From the NCBI RefSeq assembly GCF_004010195.1, contig NC_057758.1, positions 617,779 to 655,170 of the forward strand: a stretch of DNA of 37,392 bases, written 5' to 3'. The notes below the pieces were generated by a model. It ran no database searches and was not told the origin of the DNA. It was given only the letters and a program-made list of their open reading frames with translations. Origin of the DNA: Chiloscyllium plagiosum. Taxonomy: Eukaryota. Of the stretch, positions 24,227 through 34,591 are shown in pieces. Both the position numbers and the translations under genes were made by a program. How positions within the stretch are numbered: the stretch's first letter is position 1; every line of letters begins with the position of its first letter.

Positions 24227-25482
24227 ACTTACTATTGACGGGAATGGCAGCGGGGCTTCCCTGCACTGTTTGCCTGATCTCCTTCTGTTTCCTGCCTGTC
24301 ACCCATCTACCTTTTTTCCTGTACCTGAGGTGCGACTGCCTCCCTGTAACTCTCCTCAATTACCCCCTTAGCCTCCCTAATGATCTGGAGTTCATGTATC
24401 TCCAGCTGCAGTTCATAAGACGGTTTTTGGGGAGCTGGAATTGGGTGCACTTCCTATAGATGAGATCACCGGGGACGCCAATGGTGACTCTTACATCCCA
24501 TATGCTACAGGAGGAGAAATCAACTGCCCTAACATCCATTCGCACTGTTCTTACTTCCTAAGGAGAGAATGGAAAACAACTTCTAACCTAACCAATCCAG
24601 CACAAAGAATTTTTTCTTCATTACAGGAGGACAATGGTTGGAAGAAACTGCCTCAGTCGTGTTTCCCTTAAAGCAACCGCCCAAATATATTACTTCACGT
24701 TCTTAGCCATTCTGTGTCCGCTCTTGCTCAGTGTGCATTTCGCCAATTAACATGACATGTTTTCAAAAGGATTCATTTACCATCCCGGCAACCCCCCGGT
24801 TCTCACTTTCGCTGCTCTTGCTGCTCCTGCAAATCAAAGCCGCTGACACTTGAGGTATGTCGTTTTTGAAGGAAATTTACCGTCCCAAGAGCCTCTGGTC
24901 CTACCTTTCACTGCTCCCGCTGCTTCTTCAAAATGGACATCACCAACATCCCTGGGAGATCAGATTAAATGGGACTTAGTGGCCTTCTCATATCCATAAC
25001 AAGGGGTTGATGGGAGGAATATATCCTCTTTGATATCGGGAGAATGAATATTGCATCAGAAACATGAACTGACATGTATCAAGGTAGCGATGGACAAGAA
25101 TGATAATTTTCACATTGACCAGTGAGTATATCTCAGGTGTGCAACAGACACAGTCTGCAGACTCTCTCTTTAGGAGTTCAAGAGTTATTCTCTCCTTCAT
25201 AGCTACACACCCACAACCGTGATTTGTTGTATCTTGTTTTTGTGAATGTGACAGCTCGATAACCAAGGCCATCAGAGATGGAATGCATGCTTCACCCATT
25301 GTTATCACATTTAAATCACGAAGAGAGAAACTGAGGGTCTGAAACAGAGGCACTTATAGGCATCTCTGCCTTTAAAGAACCAAACAAACAACTGAGGACA
25401 TTCTCCCATCAAACCTGCAGTAGTTTTACTGAAAGGTTTATTCAAAACATTTCCTTTGCTCCATTAATCTGTATTTTATCTT

Positions 25483-25670
25483 GGGCAATTTAGCATGGCC
25501 AATTCACCTGACCTGCACATCTTTGGACTATGGGAGGAAACCGGAGCACCCGGAGTAAACCCACGCAGACACGGGGAAAACGTGCAAACTCCACACAGTC
25601 AGTCGCCTGAGGCGGGAATTGAACCCGGGTCTCTGGCGCTGTAAGGCAGCAGTGCTAACCACTGTGCCAC
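25483..25670 (-). mobile_element. HE1-type SINE, 3'-truncated, left arm of an inverted pair
   Basis: gggcaatttagcatggcc...gctaaccactgtgccac; the tail is missing. Confidence 0.9.
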
Positions 25671-25673
25671 GGT

Positions 25674-25980
25674 GGGCGGCACGGTGGCACAGTGGTTAGC
25701 ACTGCTGCCTCACAGCGCCAGAGACCCGAGTACAATTCCCGCCTCAGGCGACTGACTGTGTGGAGGTGCACGTTCTCTCCATGTTGGCGTGGGTTTCCTC
25801 CGGGTGCTCCGGTTTCCTCCCACAGTCTAAAAGATGTGCAGGACAGGTAATTTGGCCACGCTAAATTGCCCGTAGTGTTAGGTTAGGGGTATGGGTGAGT
25901 TGCGCTTCGGCGGGGCGGTGTGGACTAGTTGGGCCGAAGGGCCTGTTTCCACACTGTAAGTAATCTAATCTAATCTAATC
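25674..25980 (+). mobile_element. HE1-type SINE, full length, right arm of an inverted pair
   Basis: gggcggcacggtggcacagtggttagc ... ccacactgtaag(taatc)n. Confidence 0.92.
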
Positions 25981-25989
25981 TTATCCTGA

Positions 25990-26120
25990 TCCACAATTAT
26001 CTGATGGAGGAGCAGCGCTCAGAAAGCTGCTACTTCGAAGTAAACCTCTTGCACTATAAACTGATGTTGTGTAATTTTTAACTGTGTTCACTCAAGTCCA
26101 ACTTCAGCATCACTATATCA
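25990..26120 (+). repeat. Penelope terminal-repeat relic (second family) with degenerate hammerhead
   Basis: ctgatggaggagcagcgctcagaaagctg...taaacctcttgcactataaactgatgttgtgtaatttttaac; homologous to the insert at 29186-29358. Confidence 0.7.
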
Positions 26121-29100
26121 CTGTATGAGTTACCATATTACTTCTAAATGTTGAAATAAGGCACCGACCCTAGACTATGCGAATTAATGACATCTCAAGA
26201 AGTTTAGCTTGAATTAATGGTTTGAAGAAGGTGATCGAATGAAGTTTTTCCTTGAAAAGAAATGTGAAAAAATCTGAGACTAATAGATTATGTTTTCTGT
26301 ACAAAAAGAAAAATCATCAGTGCATGTGATAAATGTTTTGCAGTTGCCGAGAAACGCTTACAATATTGAAAGCACATACACAATGAAGTTTGAACAGGAA
26401 TCAAACTTGTTGACCCAAGTCCAGTTAAGTCAAGTGTCAGCACGGCACGACTTTAACGTTATGGTTGTTATGAATTTTCTGACTAACAAATGGAAATGAG
26501 CAGTGTGTTTGTCACACATGTTTAGGAGAGCAGTAGTCTTTGTGGCTTGGATGTTGAGAACGTTCCTGGTGGCCAGAGATCTAAACGAAACAAACTGGAA
26601 TTATGTGAGCGAAGACCAGTAAACCAGAAAACCGCATGTGGACAGGTAGAATGTGTTGCGAGAATTCGATTGGCTAAAGGCATAAATGCTATGTTGAAAA
26701 TGAAGTCCAAGTTAGGTGCTTTAACTACCTGGAGTTAGTTGTGGGAGAATATAAAGTGTATTTGTTGTTCATTCATGGGTTGAGGTTGTCACTGACTGGG
26801 CCAGCATTTATCACCCATCGCCAATTACCCAAAAGGTACTTGCGGTTCCAAAGTTCAGGAAATTGAAGTTACACAATGGATCAACTCTGGTTTATTGAAT
26901 CGGGACAGTGGCGACATTTGTGGTCGTACATTGTCGCTGAAATGAATGATCAAAGTACTTTTGCAACCCGACTTTATTGTTTAGTGCATAAATTTGGACA
27001 ACAAGACAATTGAGATGGAGAAAGCGAGGATAAACGAAGTAACTTGATCTTTGAAGCAGAGATAAGGATAAGATCCAAAATGAATAATTTGCATGCATCC
27101 AGGAGATGAATATGGAAGATGCTGAGATTTGTTTGGAACATGCTAACATGCAGATAGGGCAGTGACAGGATGTAGTAAATCTATCGGGAATGTTTCGCAC
27201 GCGATAAAACAAAGGGATCAGTTAAAGTGTGTCTGCTTTAACGGAAATAGTGTCAGAAACAAGAGTGGTGAACATAGAGCATGGATCGGTACATGGCTCT
27301 ACGATGTTATGGCCATAACGGAGAAGTGGGTTTCACGGGGGCACGAATTGTTGCTTGATGTTCCAGGATTTAGAACGTTTAAGAAGAGTAGGGTGGGTTG
27401 AAAAAAGTGGAGGGGGTGTAACATTGCTAATCAGAGCGTGCATCACAGCTACAGAAACGGAGGTTGTTGAGGAAAGTTTGTCGACTGAGTCAGTATCGGT
27501 GGAAGTTAGGAACAGAAAGGGAACAGCCACCGCACTGGGGGTTATCTACAGACCACATAATAGCAGTAGAGAGATTGAATAGCTTATTGACGGGCAGATT
27601 GTGGAAAAATGGAGATGTAGCACGGTTATTGTTTTGGGTGATTTCAACTTTCCCAATATCGATTGGAACCTACAAAGTGCAGATGGTTTGGATGGAACCG
27701 TTTTTGTCAGGTGTGTTCAGGAGGGTGTCCTTACTCAGTCTGTAGACAGACCGAGGAAGGGAGAGGCCATTTTTGGATATCGTGCTCGGCAATGAGCCAG
27801 GACAGGTGTCAGATCTAGCGGTGGGAAAACACTTTAGTGACCGTGATCACAACTGCCTCACATTTACCATAGCCTTGGAGATGGAAAGGAACAGTTACCA
27901 AGGGAAGATATTCAACTGGGGAAAAGGAAATTATGACGCTACCAGACAGGAGTTGGGATTTACATACTGGGAGCAATTGTTCCAAGGAAAGGGCACAGCA
28001 GACATGTGGAGACTACTTAAGGAGCAGTTGTTGCGAGTGATACACGCATTTATATCGCTGAGACAGGTGAGAATGGGCAAGATTAAGGAACCTTGGATGA
28101 CAAGAACAGAGGAGATTATCGTCAAAAGGAAGAAGGCAGTTTACATAAGTTGGAGAAAGCAAGGATCTCGCACAGCTTTGGAGGATTACCAGCTTGCTCG
28201 AAAAAAGCTCAGAAATGGATTGAGGAGAGTCAGGAGGGGCACGAAGAATAAGGGAGAACCCAAATGCATTTTACTCATACGTGAGGAATAAGAAACTGAT
28301 ATTGGAGAAGGTAGAACCTATCAGGGATACCGTAGGGATCTTGTGCAGACTGAGCAGATAGGGGAAGCTCAAAATGAGAACTTTTGCTTCGGTTTTCACA
28401 ATGGAAAGGGAACTTGTTGTGAATGAAAACTTTATGAAGCTGGGATACAGGCTTGACAGATCAAGATTGATGAAGTTGATGTGCTGGAATGTTTGGAAAA
28501 CGTTAATATTGATAAGTTCCCAGGGTCATACCATATTTATACTAAGCTACTCGGGGAAGCGAGAAAGGAGGTTGCTAAGCCGCTGCTGAGGATCTTTTCC
28601 TCCTCACTTGCCACGGGAGTCGAACCAGAGGATTGGAAGGAGGCAAATGTAGTTCCTCTTTTTAAGAACGACAATAGGGAATTCCCTTGCAAATACAGTC
28701 AGTCTTGCATCTGTGATCGGATTTCTGACTCTTTGGCAAGCATACTGTGATTAAAGGCAGTCAGCATGGCCTTGTGAGGGGCAGGTCATGCCGTCCAAAT
28801 CTCATTCAGTTCTTTGAGGAGGTGACAAGACAGGTCGACGAAGGTGAGCAGTGAATGTGTGTACATGGACATGTGCAAGGCATTTGGTAAGGTTTCCCAT
28901 GGTAGGCTCATTCATAAAGTCTGGAAGTATAGGATACAGGGAGATTCGTCTATCTGGATTCAGAACTGGTTTGCTGACAGAAGGCAGAGAGTTTTTGTGG
29001 ATGGAAAGTATTCTGCCTGGAGGACAGTGATCAGTGGTGTCCCACAGAGCTTTGTTCTTGGGCCTTTGCTCCTTTTCGTTTTTATAAATATCTTGAATGA

Positions 29101-29185
29101 GGAGGTTGAGGGGTGGGTTCTTAAATTTGCAGATGGCACGAAAGTTGGAGGTGCTGTTGATAGTATCGCGTGCTATTTCAGGCTA

Positions 29186-29358
29186 AAAATCACCCAACAC
29201 CAGGTTAGAGTCCAACAGGTTTATTTGGGAGCACACTAGCTTTCGGAGCGACGCACCTTCATCAAGTGTGCTTCCAATTCAACCTGTTGGACTATAACCT
29301 GGTGCTGTGTGATTTTTAACTTTGTACACTCCAGTCCAACACCGGCATCTCCGAATCA
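29186..29358. mobile_element. Inverted Penelope terminal-repeat insertion with 12-bp TSD, inside the CR1 RT
   Basis: tatttcaggcta at 29174-29185 and 29359-29370. Arms 29186-29234 and 29268-29316 are reverse complements. A hammerhead-like ttgatgaaggtgcgtcgctccgaaagcta lies on the minus strand between the arms. Confidence 0.85.
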
Positions 29359-30167
29359 TATTTCAGGCTACAGCGCGACATGGACGGGATGCAGAGCTAG
29401 GCTGAGAAATGGTAGATGCGAAGTGATGCAGTTTGGAAGGTCGAAATCAAATGCTGAATATAGGATTAAATACAGGATTCTTGGCAGCGTGGGTGGGGGG
29501 GGGGTGGAATAGAGGGATATGGGTGTGGAAGTACATAGATCCTTCAAAGTTGCCACCCAAGTGGATAAGGTTGTTAAGAAAGCATATGCTGTTTTGTCTT
29601 TCATTAACAGGGGGATCGAGTTTAAAAGCTGCGAGTTTTTGCTACAACTCTACAAGTCCCTGGTGAGACTACACTTGGAATATTGTGTCCAGTTCTGGTC
29701 GCCCTACTTTAGGAAAGATACAGAGGCTTTGGAGAGGGTGCAAAGAAGGTTTCCAAGGATGCTGCCTGGATTGGAGGGATTGCATTAGGAAGAAAGTTTG
29801 AATAACCTCGGACCTTTCTATCTGAAGATAAGGAGGAAGAGAGGAGACCTGATCGAGGTACGCAAGTTTCTGACCGGATGGACAGAGTCAATAGCCAGAG
29901 ACATTTCCTCAGTGCAGGATGCACTGGTACGACGTGTCATAGGTTTAAGATAGTAGGAGAAAGTTATAGAGGAGAGTCAGAGGTAGTTTTTTTACGCAGC
30001 CAGTTGGTAGTGGAAGCAGAGTCATTAGGGATATTTAACCGACCGTTGGACATGCACATGGATAGCAGTAATTTGAGGGATGTGTAAGTTAAGTTATTAT
30101 GTTTTACGTTAGGATTAAACCTCGGCATAACTTTGTGGGCCTAAGGGCCTGTTCTGTACTGTACTTT

Positions 30168-30211
<44 letters not shown>
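30168..30211. repeat. (TCTA)11 microsatellite at the CR1 tail
   Basis: Read directly from the sequence. Confidence 0.95.
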
Positions 30212-30213
<2 letters not shown>

Positions 30214-30219
30214 AATCAA

Positions 30220-30525
30220 TGGTGGCTCAGAGTCCCAGTAAACCGGTTTTGAATCCTGCCTTGGGCGATTGTCGATGTGGAGTTTGTATGTTTTCCCGCT
30301 GTCTATGTGAGTTTCCAACAGCGGCTCCATTTTCCACCCACAGGCAAAGAAGAGCAGGTCAGATGCAATGGCCAAGCGAAGGCTTGCTCGGTTAGCTAGA
30401 GTCGATGCAGTATTCTGGCAAGAATAGGGCAGAGGAGTGCATCTGGGCAGGCTGGTCTTCAGCAAGTTTACGTGGACTCTTTAGGCAAAAGTCCTCCTTC
30501 CACAGTGACGGGATTCTATGATTCA
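30220..30525 (+). mobile_element. Old HE1-related SINE, paralog of 15697-16020
   Basis: Shares private variants and the downstream flank with the 15697 copy. Confidence 0.75.
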
Positions 30526-30765
30526 ATGAATCGCATGTTCTGATCTCTGCATTCACTTCATCTTGGTAATGTCATAATTCTGTTGATTAATGATCCCACA
30601 TGTTTGTATTCCTTACTATCTGATCTCCATGGTGATTGGTGAAATACTTTTCATGTATTATTAATGGAATAAAAAAACTGACTCACATTACCATACTTCA
30701 AGTAATATCATGAATATTAAGATGCATTTGGTATAGTAATAAAGTTACTTCTTTGTCTCTCACAG

Positions 30766-31648
30766 CAAACCTGGCGACGATTTCGATTATTTCACAACGA
30801 AAATATGGCCTTTCTAAATGTGTCACTGTTTACATGCTGGAAATGGCAACAACGGATCTGCTGGTCCTAATCAATAATGTAATTCTCTATTGCATCTTCA
30901 CTTATCACTTTCCTTGGTCATTCTTTTCCCATAACCGTCTTTGTACAGTCACAATTAGTCTGGATTTGTCTGTTTTTGGTGTGTTGTCTCTTTCACATTT
31001 AACCGATTTTTAGTAATCTGCTGCCATAAGTTTAATGCACAGTACTGTACCCAGAGAACTGCAACTATGCTGGTAATAACCATCACAGTTGTGATCGTAT
31101 TGAAGGAAGTACCAGTTTTGTTTGCTTATGAACCCGAACAAATAATTAGCAAAGTGCAGTGGGACTGCCGGTCAAGTGAAGCATTTTTCTCGTCTTCTGA
31201 AGGTATAGGATATGTCTGGTTTTACAGCGCCTGTGTCGTTTGAATTCCTTTTTCTCTGATTGTATTGTGCAATTCAATCGTATTGTATTTGTGAATAAAA
31301 CGCGCACTAGACTTCAGAGCTCCAAGAGTGGGAATGAAAGTGACTCAGAAATGGAGAACTGCAGAACGTTTATCATTTTACTATTCTCTATAACAATAAG
31401 CTTTCTCTTGCCGTGGTTGCCACTTGCTGTGGCTTTAGGCATTACCAAACTTACAGGCATCACTTATTACAGAGGGAAATTCACAGATCCTGAATTTATC
31501 GCTGTGGAAACAGCAGGTCTCTTGAAGTATTTTAGTTGTTTCCTAAACCCTTGTGTTTATGCAGCAGCCCAGAGCAAATTCAGAGAATATGGCAAAATCT
31601 CCTTGAATTTTAATTCAGAGATATGCTCGACAGAAGTCTGTGAAATGA
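30766..31648 (+). pseudogene. GPR139-like class A GPCR pseudogene, exon 2 (exon 1 not found)
   Basis: Acceptor ctcacAG at 30764-30765. Translation includes NLATISIISQRKYGLSKCVTVYMLEMATTDLLVLI, SFTFNRFLVICCHK, FIILLFSITISFLLPWLP and FSCFLNPCVYAAAQSKFRE (NPxxY). It has a TM3 deletion and frameshift at about 30955-30980 and an in-frame TGA at 31241-31243. Confidence 0.9.
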
Positions 31649-32410
31649 CTTCAGGAAAGCAAGCGGTGCTGCTTAAGGCAGTTTTTCGTCCACGTATTTC
31701 TCCAACAGAAAGCATGGTATTAATTGGCAAAATAGTGCAAATTCATTTCTATGTTCTTGGATTTCCGATACTGCCTGTGATGTGGGTCCTGATCAAGGAT
31801 CAATGGAACAGAAACATTATCTCTGGTTCCACTTCACTGATGATGACAGACCTGCTGAGCTTTTCAAGCAACTTCTGTTTTATTTCTTCTCATTTACAGC
31901 ATCCGCAGTTCATTTGGTTTTTACCTTTGATATAACAATTTTTTTTGTTTTCCTAATTCTTTGTTGAGTAAAGGGAACATGCTTTATTTAATGCAGCACA
32001 TCCTGTATTCAGAGATCGAAGATTGTTTTTGGAAACTTCAATCAAGTTGCTTTTAATATTAAGCAATGTATGTCTGCATGACGTCTTTGTTCTCAGAACA
32101 CTGTATCAGAATATTCTAGAGTGTGAATACATATTGTGAGAGAGGTAATCAATGCGTTATTGACATATCTTTTCTCACAAGACTAACAGCCCCCACTCAG
32201 TCCATCGATATCAAAACTCACTTTATCGGTCATTTCTTACAATTGCTGTTTCCCACTCATTATGTTTTCACAGCGCACGCAATTTCTCCAGCAGGGTCTT
32301 CAGTAATATTATAAACATAAAACATGATGAAGAAATTCAGCATTCCTCGCAACATCTGTAAAGATCGCAAACATATTGACCATCTCGTGTTTTAGAATGG
32401 TTGAGTAACT

Positions 32411-32985
32411 TCATTGCATTTTCTCTGCATCACTTGTGAAATAATGAGATATTTGATATGTCTCTTTCAAACGACTGATACCCTATGGAGTAAACAGTCC
32501 ATAGCCAGTCCATTGATGTTCCACGCTGGTTCTGGTCCCTGAGAAGGAGAAGGGAAGTGGCACAAACTCAGCACTTGGGCTTAAATTGCTGTGCCATTGC
32601 TTTCATTTATGACCACGTATATGATCCTGTCACGTTGGCATCCCATGCATTGTCCCACCGACAAACAAATCCGTTGTGTTTTTTCTTTCCCTCTTTCCTT
32701 CTGCAGCGAATTCCGTCCCATTTACTCACTGTCGTTCGTCGTTTATTCCTCCCATTTCACCTTCCCACTTTCTTCCTGGACTCACTCAATACCGACAGCG
32801 CTCCTGATATCCAAGTGTCACCATTTTCTCCGTACATATATTCCTGTGCTTCTCTTCTTCCTTCCTCGCTTTCTCTTCATCATTTCTCTGACATTCCACC
32901 TTTCTCGATCTGTCTGTTATTCTTTTTTCCTCCCTCACTCCTTTTTCTGCGTTTTCATCGTTCTGACCATTTCTGTTTGTTTGGA
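32411..32985 (-). pseudogene. Decayed ORF, paralog of 18027-18600 (possibly env-like)
   Basis: ...KKHNGFVCRWDNAWDANVTGSYTWS*MKAMAQQFKPKC*VCAT... Confidence 0.35.
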
Positions 32986-32999
32986 GGGAGGCGAATGTT

Positions 33000-33880
33000 G
33001 TTCCTCTGTTCAGGAAAGGCAATCCCTGGAAATTAGCCACCCGTCAGTCTTACGTCTGTGGTAAGAAAGGTACTGGAAAGAATTCTGAGAGATAGGATTA
33101 TGATTACTTGGAAAAAACATAGTTTGATTAAAGAGAGCCAGCATGGTTTTGTGAGGGGCAGGTCAAGCCTCACAAGTCTTATTCAGTTCTTTGAGGATGG
33201 GATGAGCCAACTTGAGGTTGGTCGAGCCGTGGGAGTGGTGTGTATGGATTTCAGTAAGGCATTTGATAAGGTACGGGGCACAGGGAGCTTTGGCTTCCAG
33301 ATACAGAACTGGCGAGCTAAAAGAAGACAGTGCGTGGTAGCGGTGCAAAGTAGTCCGCCTGGATGTCCGTGATCAGTGGTGGCCCGTAGGGATCTGTCCT
33401 TGGGTATCTGCCCTTTGTAGTTTTTGTAACTGACTTAAATGAAGAAATGGAAGGGCAGGTTAGTGAGTCTGACAATGACACGAAGGGTGATGGTGCTGTA
33501 GATAGTATCGAGGACTTTGCAGGTTACAAAAAGACATTGACAGCATGCTGTGCTGAGAAGTGGCATGTGAAGTTCAACCGAGACAAATGTGAAGCAATTC
33601 ATTTTGGAAGGTCGAATCTTAATGCCAAATATAGGTTAAAGAGAGAATTATTTGTAATGTTGAGGTGTAGCGGCTTCTTGGGGTCGACATACATAGATCC
33701 CACAAAGTTGCCACCCAAGTTGATAAGGTGTATTGTGTTTTGGTTTGCATTGAAGGGGCATTGAGGTTAAGAGCCGCGAGGTTTTGCTGCAGCTCAATAA
33801 AACGCTGGTTCCACCACAACTGGAATGATGTATTCAGTTCTGGTTGCCTCATTATAGGAAGGATGTAGATTCATTAGAAG
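33000..33880 (+). mobile_element. CR1 RT fragment, paralog of 18610-19530
   Basis: KVLERILRDRI...SQHGFVRGRSSLTSLIQFFED...MDFSKAFDKV. Confidence 0.85.
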
Positions 33881-34590
33881 GACAAACTGTCAAGCCTTCA
33901 TCAACCATAACGCTAGATAACCCTGTCATTGGTTAACATTGCAAGATGTGTCAGAGTATAGATGCAGATTGTATCATTACACATGCAGACAACACCCATC
34001 ATGTACGGGGCAGGAACTGATGTGACCTACCTTATGCTGTCTATCTCATACTCTGCAGGCAAGGATGCTTGAAAGCATGAGAAATTGGTGAGACCAAGCA
34101 AAAGCTACGACACCAAATTAATGGATACCACACAACAATCATCATGCAGTGATGTTCCATTCTGGTCGGGAATACGTCAACGCTCAGGGACAATTGGACT
34201 TGGATCTTCAATTAACCATCCTCCATGGCAGACGTTAGTATACACAACAAAGCAGAGTGGGCAAGCAGAAACACATAGACAAATTCGGTCGCCATGGGGA
34301 TGCCTCCAGCTGGTTCTTACGTTTATGTCACACTACAGGTGACTCCACTACACGATACACTTTTTTCTCTCTGTCTCACATGCTCACCCTAGACCACATT
34401 CAATGTCTTACACACTCATACGCTCACGTACACCCCATCTGAAAAACATGCTCTCTCTCTCACACATACACACACATGAACATACACATACATATACAAA
34501 CACATAAATGCACGCCCATCACCTCCCCACCACAATCACATTCACGCACACACTGTCTCACAGGCTGATACGCTGTCACACTCGCACAAC
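33881..34590 (+). mobile_element. Penelope-like 3' fragment, paralog of 19531-20225
   Basis: Has the same CR1/Penelope junction (ttagaaggacaaactgtcaa) as at 19530. Confidence 0.8.
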
Positions 34591-34591
34591 C

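Larger units (their letters stand above)
20612..24935 (-). mobile_element. CR1 LINE spanning 5' UTR to 3' tail, with internal deletions and nested insertions
   Basis: ORF1: VRAVDFSSCSIWDVRVTIGVPGDLIYRKCTQ and RGIDRILCGIERNSRMASCLP. Endonuclease: FKCFSKNREGGRRRGCVALFVK. RT: VNDLEEGLERRFAKFLDDMN. 3' tail near 20612. Confidence 0.85.
27200..30211 (+). mobile_element. CR1 LINE ORF2 (endonuclease and RT) with 3' tail, decayed
   Basis: LKCVCFNGNSVRNK...YDVMAITEKW, GGGVTLLI, LGDFNFPNIDW, PEDWKEANVVPLFK, SGVPQSFVLGPLL...KFADGTK and LHLEYCVQFWSPY; ends in a (TCTA)n tail. Confidence 0.92.

Noticed and set aside
24940..25480. 121-aa minus-strand ORF and surrounding unassigned sequence
   Set aside because: I recognise no motif, and it cannot be classified without a search.
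25674..25750. tRNA-like sequence
   Set aside because: This is the tRNA-derived head of a SINE, continuous with the SINE body and tail. It is not a tRNA gene.
27200..30211. Potentially active LINE reverse transcriptase
   Set aside because: It has multiple stops and frameshifts, FADD is mutated to FADG, and a 173-bp insertion lies in the RT.
31240..31935. Longest ORF (231 aa) as an intact gene
   Set aside because: It is only TM6-TM7 of the pseudogene reading through into 3' flank and a Penelope repeat. Upstream parts are frameshifted and contain a stop.
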